Assembly: GCA_046331245.1 (NCBI GenBank)
Contig: JAXLRH010000002.1
Coordinates: 402,587-466,586, forward strand
Direction of reading: 5' to 3'
DNA from: Acidimicrobiales bacterium
Lineage (GTDB): Bacteria > Actinomycetota > Acidimicrobiia > Acidimicrobiales > Microtrichaceae
DNA: 64,000 bases
In this document: positions 1 through 8,671 of the stretch, piece after piece
Numbering within the stretch: the stretch's first letter is position 1
Layout of the letters: each line of letters opens with the position of its first letter
The notes under the pieces: model-generated
Databases searched by the model: none
Told to the model about the DNA's origin: nothing
What the model saw: only the letters and a program-made list of their open reading frames with translations
Made by a program: the position numbers and the translations under genes

Positions 1-917
1 CCGACCGTGGCGTTCATGTGCGGGAACTCGGCCAGCGCGTCGACCACGGCACGGGAGATGAACGGCAGGTAGGTGAGCGAGAAGCCCTCCTCCGCCTTGA
101 ACTGCGCCTTGTGCGCACGACGTGCCCGCTCGACCGCTTCGTAGTCGACGTCGATCGCGGTGATCGCATGCGGTGACGTGGCGAGCGACCGCACCATGTG
201 CTCACCGGTGCGGAGACGGATGTTGGAGAGCGGCACCATGGGGTCGCCGGCGCCGGCGATCACCTGGGCGGCGGGAACGGGAGCTGCGGACGCCGCCGGG
301 GCGGGAGCCGCTGCCGCCGGAGCGGCAGGGGCCGCCGGGGCGCCGGTGCTGCGAGCGTCGATCGCCGCGAGCACGTCCTCGCGGGTGATGCGGCCACCCA
401 CGCCGGTGCCGGCGATCGCCGCGGGGTCGAGGCCGTTGTCCTCGACGAGTCGGCGGACCAGCGGCGAGAGCAGACGACCGGCGGTCGCGTCGCCCGCCGC
501 CGGAGCAGGCGCGGGAGCCGGAGCGGCGGGTGCTGCGGGGGGCGCCGGCGCTGCGGCCGGGGCGGGTGCCGGTGCCGGAGGGGCGGGCGGGGCCGGGGGC
601 GCCTCGGCGACGGGCCGGGGCTCGGGCGCCGCCGTCGGAGGAGCGGCCGGCGCCTCGGCAGGAGCGGCTGCGGCCTCACCGGGAGCGTCGCTCAGGATCA
701 CGAGCACCGTGCCCACGTCGACGGTCTCGCCTTCGGGAACCCGGATCTCCGAGATGTACCCGGTGGCGGGCGACGGCACCTCGGAGTCGACCTTGTCGGT
801 CGACACCTCGAAGAGCGTCTCGTCCTCGGCGATGTGGTCGCCGACCTGCTTGAACCACTTGGTGATCGTGCCCTCGGTGACCGATTCACCGAGCTGGGGC
901 ATCACGATTTCAGCCAT
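1..917 (-). CDS. 2-oxoacid dehydrogenase E2 component (dihydrolipoamide acyltransferase), N-terminal part; catalytic domain runs off the window start
   Basis: Minus-strand frame from ATG at 917 reads MAEIVMPQLGESVTEGTITKW...VSTDKV (lipoyl domain with the lipoyl-lysine TDK context). It continues through Ala/Pro-rich linkers and an E3-binding segment into E2 catalytic-domain sequence at position 1 with no stop. It is absent from the ORF table only because it is open at the window edge. The plus-strand 160..999 ORF is its Ala/Gly-rich antisense shadow. Confidence 0.85.
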   Translation of the reverse strand, partial: MAEIVMPQLGESVTEGTITKWFKQVGDHIAEDETLFEVSTDKVDSEVPSPATGYISEIRVPEGETVDVGTVLVILSDAPGEAAAAPAEAPAAPPTAAPEPRPVAEAPPAPPAPPAPAPAPAAAPAPPAAPAAPAPAPAPAAGDATAGRLLSPLVRRLVEDNGLDPAAIAGTGVGGRITREDVLAAIDARSTGAPAAPAAPAAAAPAPAASAAPVPAAQVIAGAGDPMVPLSNIRLRTGEHMVRSLATSPHAITAIDVDYEAVERARRAHKAQFKAEEGFSLTYLPFISRAVVDALAEFPHMNATV

Positions 918-1015
918 CGCTGAGCGTCCTCTCTCGACGGAGGCGGCGAGCCGACTGGCCGCGCCCTCTCCGTGCATGTCTGCAATGCCTCCAAGCTAGT
1001 GGCATCGGTGGGCGG

Positions 1016-1351
1016 TCAGACCCCCGCCGGTCGGACGAGCACCGCGGTGCCGTAGGCGGCCACCTCGTTCATCACGTTGGCGAACACGCCGGTGTCGAAC
1101 CGCATGGCCAGCACGGCGTTCGCGCCGAGCATCGCGGCCTCGTTGCGCAGCCGATCGACGGCCTCGAGCCGCGTCTGGGCCAGCAACGCGGTGTACCCGC
1201 GGGCCTCGCCACCGAAGATCGTGCGGAAGCTCGCGCCCATGTTCGAGAACAGGTTCCGCGAGCGGACGACGAGGCCGAACACCTCGCCGTACACGGCGGC
1301 CACCTCGTAGCCGGGCAGGTCGTTCATCGTGCTCACGAGGATGCGCGGCAT
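1016..1351 (-). CDS. YbjQ/UPF0145 (DUF74) family protein
   Basis: 111-aa core MPRILVSTMNDLPGYEV...GEARGYTALLAQTRLEAVDRL matches the YbjQ-type fold family. The ORF-table frame 1016..1501 has an alternative upstream ATG at 1399. Confidence 0.7.
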   Translation of the reverse strand: MPRILVSTMNDLPGYEVAAVYGEVFGLVVRSRNLFSNMGASFRTIFGGEARGYTALLAQTRLEAVDRLRNEAAMLGANAVLAMRFDTGVFANVMNEVAAYGTAVLVRPAGV

Positions 1352-1526
1352 GGCCGCTTCCTGGTGGGGCTGGGTGAGGTAGGGGTCGGGAGCGCTCATC
1401 GCGCCGACGGTAGCCCCCGGCCGCTCCGCCCCACCTCCACCCTCACCCTGTTTTGGGGCCGGGATGGGCCGGCGGCCCCGGCGGGGCCCGGGGCCAAACA
1501 CGGGGTCGGGAAAACGAGGGGTGGGC

Positions 1527-2939
1527 CTAGTGGAGGGAGCGGCCGGTGAGGGAGAGGACGGTCTCGCCGAACAGCTCGCTCATCGACGGGTGGGGCTGGA
1601 TGAGCGACGCGACCTCGTCGACCGTGGCGCCCCAGTTGACCGCCAGGTAGCCCTGGCCGAGCTGCTCGGTGACCCACGGGCCGACCATGTGGACGCCGAG
1701 GATCGTGCCCGCGGTGCCGTCGGGGCGCTTCTCGGCGATCACCTTCACCAGACCGTCCGTCTCGCCGAGGATCACGGCGCGGCCGTTGCCGATGAAGCGG
1801 TGCTTGTTGGTGACGACGTCGTAGCCGGCCTCCTTCGCGGAGTCCTCCGTGTGGCCGGCGAAGCTCACCTCGGGGTGGCAGTAGATCGCCCACGGCACCT
1901 TGCCGTAGTCGATGGCCGGCGGGTTCTCGCCGAGGATGTCCTTGATGGCGTTGATGCCCTCCATGAACCCGATGTGCGCCAGCTGCGGCGTGGCGATGCA
2001 GTCGCCGATGGCCCACACGCCCGGCTCGCCGGTGCGGCAGTGCTCGTCGACCTCGAAGAAGCCGCGCTCGCTCACCGTGACGGCCGGGCCGGAGGCGACG
2101 ATGCCGGACGCCACGGGGGCACGGCCCACCGAGACGACCACGATGTCGACGTCGAGCGTCTCGCCCTCGCCGAACGACACGGTGGTGCCGCCGCCGGGGC
2201 GGGGCGTGTGCCCCGTGACCGCGACGCCGGTGCGCACGGCGATGCCCTTCTTCTTGAACGAGCGCTCGACGATGTTCGCGGCGTCCTTGTCGCATCCCGG
2301 GAGGATCTTCGGCAGGCCCTCGAGGATGGTGACCTCGGTGCCCATGTCGGCGAGGGTCGAGGCGAACTCACAGCCGATCGCGCCGCCGCCGATGACCGCG
2401 GCCGTCGACGGCAGGGTGCGGAGGTCGAGGAACTCGTCGCTCGTGAACACGATCTGCCCGTCGGGCTGGAAGCCCGGGATGGTGCGGGGCACGGAGCCGG
2501 TGGCGAGCACGATGTTGGTGCCCAGCAGCATGGCCTCGCTGCCGTCGTTGTTGGCCACGTGCACCTGGTGCGAGGGGCCGAGCGTGCCCCGGCCCGAGTA
2601 CACGTCCACCTTGCGGCCGCCGAGGAGCTGCTTGAGGCCGCCCCACATCTGGTCGACCACGCGCTGCTTGCGGTCGACGGTGACGGACCAGTCGATCTTG
2701 GGCTCGTCGACGAACACCCCGAACTCCGCGGCGTGACGCACGGTGCGGTTGACGGCCGCCGACTCGAGCAGCTCCTTCGCGGGGATGCAGCCGCGGTGGA
2801 GACACGACCCGCCCACCTTGTCCTTCTCCACGATCGCGATCTTGAGACCGGCGCTGGCCCCGTAGAGGGCGGCGGCGTAACCACCTGGTCCCCCACCGAT
2901 CACCACGACGTCGTACAGGGCTGGGTTGTTCTGGTCCAC
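1527..2939 (-). CDS. lpd: dihydrolipoyl dehydrogenase (E3)
   Basis: 470 aa. FAD motif VVVIGGGPGGYAAA, redox disulfide GGSCLHRGCIP, NAD motif and C-terminal dimerisation His. GTG start. Confidence 0.92.
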   Translation of the reverse strand: MDQNNPALYDVVVIGGGPGGYAAALYGASAGLKIAIVEKDKVGGSCLHRGCIPAKELLESAAVNRTVRHAAEFGVFVDEPKIDWSVTVDRKQRVVDQMWGGLKQLLGGRKVDVYSGRGTLGPSHQVHVANNDGSEAMLLGTNIVLATGSVPRTIPGFQPDGQIVFTSDEFLDLRTLPSTAAVIGGGAIGCEFASTLADMGTEVTILEGLPKILPGCDKDAANIVERSFKKKGIAVRTGVAVTGHTPRPGGGTTVSFGEGETLDVDIVVVSVGRAPVASGIVASGPAVTVSERGFFEVDEHCRTGEPGVWAIGDCIATPQLAHIGFMEGINAIKDILGENPPAIDYGKVPWAIYCHPEVSFAGHTEDSAKEAGYDVVTNKHRFIGNGRAVILGETDGLVKVIAEKRPDGTAGTILGVHMVGPWVTEQLGQGYLAVNWGATVDEVASLIQPHPSMSELFGETVLSLTGRSLH

Positions 2940-2971
2940 GGGGCGATCCTAAACCCGCCCGCGGACCCGCT

Positions 2972-3052
2972 TCACCGCGTCGTGATCCAGAGCTGCGCGC
3001 CGGCGGCGGCGAGGATGAGGACGCCGCAGACGACTGCGAGGGTGATCAGCAT
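2972..3052 (-). CDS. possible small hydrophobic peptide (26-30 aa) upstream of lpd
   Basis: The frame reads (VSTR)MLITLAVVCGVLILAAAGAQLWITTR*, a single predicted TM helix, 33 nt upstream of the lpd start. There is an in-frame GTG at 3064. It is below the ORF-table size cutoff and is speculative. Confidence 0.2.
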   Translation of the reverse strand: MLITLAVVCGVLILAAAGAQLWITTR

Positions 3053-3121
3053 TCGGGTGCTCACGGCGGTTCAGGTTACGGTGGCCGTGCCCGTCTTTCC
3101 TATTCAGTCCAGGAGATCGCG

Positions 3122-3883
3122 ATGCGCGACGCCGTCGGCAACATCAACTCCGTGCTCGTGCTCGGCGGCGCGTCGGAGATCGCCACCAAGACCGTCGAGC
3201 TCCTCGCCGGCCGGCGTTGCCGCTCGGTCGTCCTCGCGGTTCGAGACCCGTCGAAGGTCGACGACCTCCTCGAGCGGTACCGCTCGCTCGGCATGACGGC
3301 GGAGGCCATCGCGTTCGACGCCGCCGACACGGCCTCGCACCAGAAGGTGATCGACGCGGCGTTCGCGGAGGCCGGCGACATCGACGTCGTGATCAGCGCG
3401 TTCGGCGTGCTCGGCAACCAGAACGAGTTCGACGACGATCCGGCCGCCGCCGCCGACGCGGTCGTCGTGAACTTCGCGGGCCAGGTGTCGGCGCTCACCG
3501 CCGTGGCCGCCGCGATGAAGCGCCAGGGGCACGGCGACATCGTCGTCCTGTCGTCGGTGGCCGGCGAGCGCGTGCGCAAGGACAACGCCGTCTACGGCGC
3601 GACGAAGGCCGGGCTCGACGGCTTCTGCCAGGGCCTCGGCGACCGCCTCGTGGGCACCGGCGTGCATGTCATGACGGTCCGGCCGGGCTTCGTGCACACC
3701 CGCATGACCGAGGGCCTCGAGCCGGCACCCTTCTCGACGACGCCCGACAAGGTGGCCGCCGACATCGTCGCAGGAATGGATCGGCGGGCGACCATCGTGT
3801 GGTCGCCCGCCGTCCTTCGCTCTCTCTTCACCGTGATGCGGCACCTGCCGCGTCCGGTGTGGCGGATCGTGTCGAACCGCTGA
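3122..3883 (+). CDS. SDR-family reductase, DprE2-like (decaprenylphospho-D-erythro-pentofuranosid-2-ulose 2-reductase homologue)
   Basis: 253 aa. The N-terminus MRDAVGNINSVLVLGGASEI, the catalytic region SSVAGERVRKDNAVYGATKAG and the C-terminus closely parallel the M. tuberculosis DprE2 sequence as I recall it. No DprE1-like FAD oxidase is adjacent. Confidence 0.8.
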   Translation: MRDAVGNINSVLVLGGASEIATKTVELLAGRRCRSVVLAVRDPSKVDDLLERYRSLGMTAEAIAFDAADTASHQKVIDAAFAEAGDIDVVISAFGVLGNQNEFDDDPAAAADAVVVNFAGQVSALTAVAAAMKRQGHGDIVVLSSVAGERVRKDNAVYGATKAGLDGFCQGLGDRLVGTGVHVMTVRPGFVHTRMTEGLEPAPFSTTPDKVAADIVAGMDRRATIVWSPAVLRSLFTVMRHLPRPVWRIVSNR

Positions 3884-3898
3884 CCCAGGCGGCGTCCG

Positions 3899-5137
3899 TC
3901 AGACGACGATGGGCGCCGAGACCGGCCAGTCCTTGGGCACCACGTAGATGACGCCCTTCTGGCCACGCACCTCGTACCGGCAGTTGTCGAGGAGGTGCTT
4001 GGCGATCAGCAGGCTGATCTGCGTGGGGTACACGTGCACGGCCTGCCAGGCGGGGCACGTCGAACCGGCGGGCGGATCGAGCACCCAGAACGACTGCGTC
4101 CCGACGGTCACGTAGCGCGGCGTCGAGCCGCAGTGATCCATGAGGAACTTGGCCACGCCGAGGCTGAAGGCGTTGTTGTCGACCTTGAGCGCCGGGAGCG
4201 GCGAAGGGCAGACAGCAGCGGGGGCCGCTGGGACCGTCGTGGTCGTCGTCGTCGGCGCCGTCGTGGTGGTGGTCGCCGGGGGCGTCCACGTGATCACCGC
4301 GAGGCCGTCACCGCTGCGGGTGTCGTTGGACGAGGCCGTGAGGTCCACCGACAGCGCGGCGAAGGACGAACCGCCGCCGCCACCACCGGAGGCATTGGCT
4401 GCGGCCGACCCGCCACCGCCACCACCGTAGGCGCCACCGCCGCCGCCACCACCGGAGGTGCAGCCGTCGGTGCCGCCGTCGCCGCCCACGCCGAACGCGC
4501 CGTCCGCACCGGCGCTGTTGGTGAAGTGCGAGCCACTCGCCGTGCCGCCGAGGCCGCCGGCGCTGATCGTGGCAGCAGTGCCACCGGTCGCCGAACCCAT
4601 GCCGTCGCTGGAGTCGAGGCCGTCGACGGGCGTGTCGCCGCCACCGTGACCGCCTTCGCCACCCGTGTCGGCGCCACCGCCACCACCGGCGCCGCCACCA
4701 CCACCCGCGACGAGGATGCGGTCGTTGAGCGTGTCGCCGCCCTGGCGCACGTCGGTGGCGCCACCGCCGTTACCGCCGGTGAAGGGCTCACAGGACGTCA
4801 CCGACTCGCCGCCGCCGTTCGTGCCGTCGGACCCGCCGACGTGCACCTTCAGGGTCTCGCCGGGCGTCACGGGAACGTCGGCCTGCATGTACCCGCCCTT
4901 GCCGCCGAGCTTGTGGTTGTTGTTGCTGCCGGACGAACCGCCCTGCGCACCGGAGACCTCGATCGTCACGGACGTGACGCCGGCGGGCACGACCCAGTCG
5001 TGGGAGCCGGGTGTCGAGAACGACACCGTGCTTCCGGGGGTTGCCTGCGCCGGCAGGGCGCCGGCGGCGAAACCGGCCGCTACCGCAGCGACTGCGGCGA
5101 AGCCGCCGACCGCAGCTCGAACACGGGTGGATGTCAT
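3899..5137 (-). CDS. secreted glycine-rich-domain protein with Thr-rich linker and Cys-containing C-terminal domain
   Basis: Start MTSTRVRAAVGGFAAVAAVAAGFAAGALPAQA (signal peptide) with a GAGGAG RBS 13 nt upstream. TVSFSTPGSHDWVVPAGVTSVTIEVSGAQGG...VTPGETLKVHVGG is followed by long GGxGG runs (glycine-rich domain type). A poly-Thr linker leads to a C-terminal domain with 5 Cys. Sequence upstream of 5137 in the ORF-table frame is antisense of the neighbouring gene. Confidence 0.65.
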   Translation of the reverse strand: MTSTRVRAAVGGFAAVAAVAAGFAAGALPAQATPGSTVSFSTPGSHDWVVPAGVTSVTIEVSGAQGGSSGSNNNHKLGGKGGYMQADVPVTPGETLKVHVGGSDGTNGGGESVTSCEPFTGGNGGGATDVRQGGDTLNDRILVAGGGGGAGGGGGADTGGEGGHGGGDTPVDGLDSSDGMGSATGGTAATISAGGLGGTASGSHFTNSAGADGAFGVGGDGGTDGCTSGGGGGGGAYGGGGGGSAAANASGGGGGGSSFAALSVDLTASSNDTRSGDGLAVITWTPPATTTTTAPTTTTTTVPAAPAAVCPSPLPALKVDNNAFSLGVAKFLMDHCGSTPRYVTVGTQSFWVLDPPAGSTCPAWQAVHVYPTQISLLIAKHLLDNCRYEVRGQKGVIYVVPKDWPVSAPIVV

Positions 5138-5255
5138 GGAGGAACTCCTCAGGAGGGTCGATGTACCAGCCTCCTGTCGGCCCTCCCGTCGCCCGATTGA
5201 GTGATTTGTTTCACCGGCCCGGCGCGCCTCCCCCACGAGAGGTAGACAGGCAGCC

Positions 5256-6152
5256 ATGGACATCGCCATCACCGGATCGAGCGGACTCATCGGCACCCGC
5301 CTCGTCGCCGCGCTCGAGTCCGAGGGCCATCGCGTCCTGCGCATCGTGCGCCGGGCGAGCGATCGGCCGACCGCCGACGAGGCCATCTGGGACCCGTCGG
5401 CGGGCGCCATCGACGCCACCGCGCTCGAGGGCCTCGACGCCGTGGTCCACCTCGCCGGCGAGGGCATCGCCGAGCGCCGGTGGACGCCGGAGCAGAAGGC
5501 CCGCATCAGCGACAGCCGCTCCGCCGGCACCACCCTCATCGCGAACACCCTCGCCTCGCTCACCCGGCCGCCGCGCCGCCTCCTGTCGGGGTCGGCCATC
5601 GGGATCTACGGCGACACGGCCGCCCGCCCCACCGACGAGTCCTCCCCGGTGGGCACCGGGTTCCTCCCCGACGTCTGCCTCGCCTGGGAGGCCGCGGCCC
5701 AACCGGCGATCGACGCCGGCATCTCCACCGCCTTCCTCCGCACCGGCATCGTCCTCTCGACCGACGGCGGCGCGCTGGCCAAGCAGCTGCCGTTCTTCAA
5801 GGCCGGCCTCGGCGGCCGGAGCGGCAGCGGGCGCCAGTACCAGAGCTGGATCGCCATCGACGACGAGATCGCCTCCATCGTCTGGCTGCTGAGCTCCGAC
5901 ATCACCGGGCCCGTCAACCTCACGGCGCCGAACCCGGTCACGAACGCCGAGTTCGCCAAGGCGCTCGGCGCCGCGCTGCACCGCCCCACCACCGTCATCC
6001 CGATGATCGGTCCGAGGCTGCTGTACGGCCGGGAGCTGGCCGATACGCTCCTGCTCGAGAGCCAGCGCATCCTGCCGGCGAAGCTCGAGTCGGGTGGCTA
6101 CCAGTTCCGCTTCCCCGAACTCGACGCCGCCCTCGCCCACGTGCTGCGCTGA
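5256..6152 (+). CDS. TIGR01777/YfcH-family NAD-dependent epimerase/dehydratase (with DUF1731 C-terminal region)
   Basis: 298 aa. Rossmann motif ITGSSGLIG, then the conserved YfcH-like body and tail. Confidence 0.8.
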   Translation: MDIAITGSSGLIGTRLVAALESEGHRVLRIVRRASDRPTADEAIWDPSAGAIDATALEGLDAVVHLAGEGIAERRWTPEQKARISDSRSAGTTLIANTLASLTRPPRRLLSGSAIGIYGDTAARPTDESSPVGTGFLPDVCLAWEAAAQPAIDAGISTAFLRTGIVLSTDGGALAKQLPFFKAGLGGRSGSGRQYQSWIAIDDEIASIVWLLSSDITGPVNLTAPNPVTNAEFAKALGAALHRPTTVIPMIGPRLLYGRELADTLLLESQRILPAKLESGGYQFRFPELDAALAHVLR

Positions 6153-6189
6153 TCTCGCCGTCCCCCAGCCACCGCCCGGAAGTCGATCC

Positions 6190-6654
6190 ATGCCCCCTCG
6201 TCAGGTCTCCGTCACCCGCGTCATCGCCGCCACGCCCGAAGCGATCTTCCGCATCGTCGCCGACGCCTCCTTCCACCACGTCATCGACGGGTCCGGCACG
6301 GTGCGCGGCACGTCCGGCACACCGGAGCCCCTCGCGCTCGGCTCGCGCTTCGCCATGAAGATGAAGCTCGGCGTGCCGTACGTGATCGGCAGCACGGTCG
6401 TGGAGTTCGAACAGGACCGCCGCATCGCGTGGGCGCACATCGGCAAGCACCGCTGGCGCTACGAGCTCACCCCGCTCGAGCCGGCGGAGGACGGCTCGCC
6501 GCGAACCGAGGTCACCGAGACGTTCGACTGGTCGACGTCGGTGTTCCCGAAGGCCATCGAGCTCGCCGGCTACCCCAAGCGCCACGTCCCCAACATGACC
6601 CGCACGCTCGAGCGCCTCGACGCCTTCGTGCAGAACCGGACGAGCGCCCTGTGA
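6190..6654 (+). CDS. SRPBCC-family (polyketide cyclase/START-like) protein
   Basis: Inner start MPPRQVSVTRVIAATPEAIFRIVAD..., about 154 aa, typical SRPBCC layout. The ORF-table frame begins at 6094. Confidence 0.7.
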   Translation: MPPRQVSVTRVIAATPEAIFRIVADASFHHVIDGSGTVRGTSGTPEPLALGSRFAMKMKLGVPYVIGSTVVEFEQDRRIAWAHIGKHRWRYELTPLEPAEDGSPRTEVTETFDWSTSVFPKAIELAGYPKRHVPNMTRTLERLDAFVQNRTSAL

Positions 6655-7292
6655 GCGACCAGGTCGGCGTCGCCGCGTTCGACTTCGACGGCACGATCAC
6701 CGAGCGCGACACGCTGCTCGGCTTCCTGGAGTTCGTCGGCGGACGTCGCCGGGTCGCCTCGGCGCTCGCCGCGCAGTCGCCCACGTTGGCGAGGGGCCTC
6801 CGCTCCAGCGAGGCGCGCAACACGGCCAAGGAGCGGGTGCTGGGCCAGGTGCTCCGCGGCCGCGCCGTCGACGACGTCACCGACGCCGGGATCCGCTACG
6901 CGGCCACGCTGCCCACCGGGTTCCGCCGGGAGACCCTGCAGCACATCGCTTCGCACCGCGCCGCCGATCACCGCCTCGTGATCGTGAGCGCGTCGCTCGT
7001 GTACTACCTCCGCCCGATCGCCGCCGACCTCGGCTTCGAGGACGTGATCGCGGTGGAGATGTCGGTCGGCGACGACGACCGGCTCACCGGCACCCTCACC
7101 ACCCCGAACGTGCGCCGGGAGCACAAGGCGACCCGGCTGCAAGCCTGGCTCGACGAGCGCCTGGATGGAGCGACGCCCGAGCTGTGGGCCTACGGCGACA
7201 GCTCGGGCGACGATCATCTCCTCGCGATGGCCGACCACGCGACGTGGATCGGCCGGCGGGCCCGTCGTGGGCCCGCCGTGTCGAACGACTGA
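6651..7292 (+). CDS. HAD-IB family hydrolase (phosphoserine-phosphatase-like)
   Basis: GTG start overlapping the upstream stop (GTGA). VAAFDFDGTIT motif I, then the HAD motifs ...YGDSSGD. Confidence 0.75.
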   Translation: MSDQVGVAAFDFDGTITERDTLLGFLEFVGGRRRVASALAAQSPTLARGLRSSEARNTAKERVLGQVLRGRAVDDVTDAGIRYAATLPTGFRRETLQHIASHRAADHRLVIVSASLVYYLRPIAADLGFEDVIAVEMSVGDDDRLTGTLTTPNVRREHKATRLQAWLDERLDGATPELWAYGDSSGDDHLLAMADHATWIGRRARRGPAVSND

Positions 7293-7295
7293 GGA

Positions 7296-8072
7296 TCAGC
7301 TCTTCGGTGGCATCCGGATGCCACCGTCGATGCGGATGTCCTGCGCGTTGATGTAGCTGTTCGTGATGAGCTCCAGCGCCAGGGAGGCGTACTCCTCCGA
7401 CACGCCGAGGCGACGGGGGAACAGCACCGACTGGCCGAGGGCGGCCTTGAACGCGTCGGCGGCCTCGCCCTCGCCGTAGATCGGGGTGTCGATCAGGCCG
7501 GGCGCGATGGTGTTGACGCGGATGCCGGCGGCGCCGAGGTCGCGGGCGATGGTGAGGGTCATGCCGACCACGCCGCCCTTGGACGCCGAGTACGCGGCCT
7601 GGCCGATCTGGCCGTCGTAGGCGGCGACGGACGCCGTGTTGACGATGGCGCCCTTCGCGCCGTCGGCGTCGCCCTCGTTGGCGTTCATCGCCGAGGCGGC
7701 GAGACGGATGCAGTTGAACGTGCCGATGAGGTTGATCTCGATGACCTTGCGGAAGATCTCGAGGTCGTGCGGCTCGCCGTTCTTGCCGATGGTGCGCGTC
7801 GCCCAGCCGATGCCGGCGCAGTTGACGAGCGCCCGGAGCGGGGCCATCTCGACGGCGGCGTCGACGCCGGCCTGGACCTGCTCGGTGTCGCACACGTCGG
7901 CGGCGACGAAGATGCCGCCGATCTCCTTGGCGAGGGCGTCGCCCTTCTCCTGCTGGCGATCGAGGTCCATGACCACGACCTTCATGCCGTTCGCGGCGAG
8001 GATCCGCGAGGTCGCTTCGCCGAGGCCGGAGGCGCCACCCGTGACAATTGCTGATGATCCGGTGATTTCCAT
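7296..8072 (-). CDS. SDR-family 3-hydroxyacyl-CoA dehydrogenase type-2-like oxidoreductase
   Basis: Start MEITGSSAIVTGGASGLGEA (TGxxxGxG). Catalytic YSASK. The ORF-table N-terminal extension is low-complexity antisense. Confidence 0.8.
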   Translation of the reverse strand: MEITGSSAIVTGGASGLGEATSRILAANGMKVVVMDLDRQQEKGDALAKEIGGIFVAADVCDTEQVQAGVDAAVEMAPLRALVNCAGIGWATRTIGKNGEPHDLEIFRKVIEINLIGTFNCIRLAASAMNANEGDADGAKGAIVNTASVAAYDGQIGQAAYSASKGGVVGMTLTIARDLGAAGIRVNTIAPGLIDTPIYGEGEAADAFKAALGQSVLFPRRLGVSEEYASLALELITNSYINAQDIRIDGGIRMPPKS

Positions 8073-8089
8073 GGGGGCGAGCCTAGAGG

Positions 8090-8105
8090 TTGACCGCCCG
8101 GTCAA
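8090..8105. promoter_or_regulatory. 16-bp palindrome TTGACCG-CC-CGGTCAA in divergent promoter region
   Basis: Perfect 7-bp inverted arms between the SDR start (8072, minus) and the J-protein start (8164, plus). Confidence 0.3.
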
Positions 8106-8163
8106 GACAGTCCGGACAGCGCTCGACGGGCCGTCGCGCGACAAGGTGAAGTTCCGGCGGGGA

Positions 8164-8661
8164 ATGGCCGATAGCACGACCATGGACCAGACCTCGAGTG
8201 ATCCTGCATTCCGTCCGGCGCCGTCACGCTCCTTCCCGGGCGGGAACGTGCGCCTCCCGAAGCTCAAGGCCGAGGACCGGGCCGAGCAGCCACGGATCGA
8301 CGTCGTCGGGACGGCGTTCATCGGGGGCGGGACGGCAACGCTCGTCGACGAGCCCGAGCCGTCCGGGTTCACCGGCTACTTCACCTACGAATCGCTCTTC
8401 GAGGAGCCCGAGCCGGTCAACGGCGAGGGGGACGATCCCTACGACGTGCTCAAGGTCAGCCGCGACGACGACTGGCAGACGATCGTGAGCGCGCACCGCT
8501 CGCTCGTGAAGGAGTTCCACCCGGACCGCTTCGTCGACCACCCGGCCGACGTCGTGGCCGCCGCCGAGGACGAGATCAAGCGCATCAACCTGGCCTACAG
8601 CGAGCTCCGCAAGATCCACGCCGCCGACGAGCGTCGGTCGGGCGCCGACCGTCGCGCCTAG
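8164..8661 (+). CDS. J-domain protein (DnaJ-like co-chaperone; J domain C-terminal)
   Basis: The C-terminal segment DPYDVLKVSRDDDWQTIVSAHRSLVKEFHPDRF...INLAYSEL contains the HPD motif. The N-terminal 100 aa are unassigned. Confidence 0.7.
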   Translation: MADSTTMDQTSSDPAFRPAPSRSFPGGNVRLPKLKAEDRAEQPRIDVVGTAFIGGGTATLVDEPEPSGFTGYFTYESLFEEPEPVNGEGDDPYDVLKVSRDDDWQTIVSAHRSLVKEFHPDRFVDHPADVVAAAEDEIKRINLAYSELRKIHAADERRSGADRRA

Positions 8662-8671
8662 TCGCACCGCC

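Noticed and set aside
160-999. 279-aa plus-strand Ala/Gly-rich ORF at window start
   Set aside because: It is the antisense of the E2 lipoyl-domain/linker region. The minus-strand frame gives a textbook lipoyl domain.
1352-1526. GC-rich quasi-palindromes downstream of lpd (GGCCCCGGCGGGGCC etc.) as a further copy of the repeat family
   Set aside because: It contains GTTTTGGGG and CCAAAC motifs, but the arms do not pair with each other as in copies A and B. It is most simply an lpd 3' hairpin/terminator region.
4140-4430. Plus-strand ORF ending in PPPPPPEALAAADPPPPPP
   Set aside because: Complement of the GGxGG codon runs of the glycine-rich protein (GGN codons reverse to NCC Pro codons). Not an independent gene.
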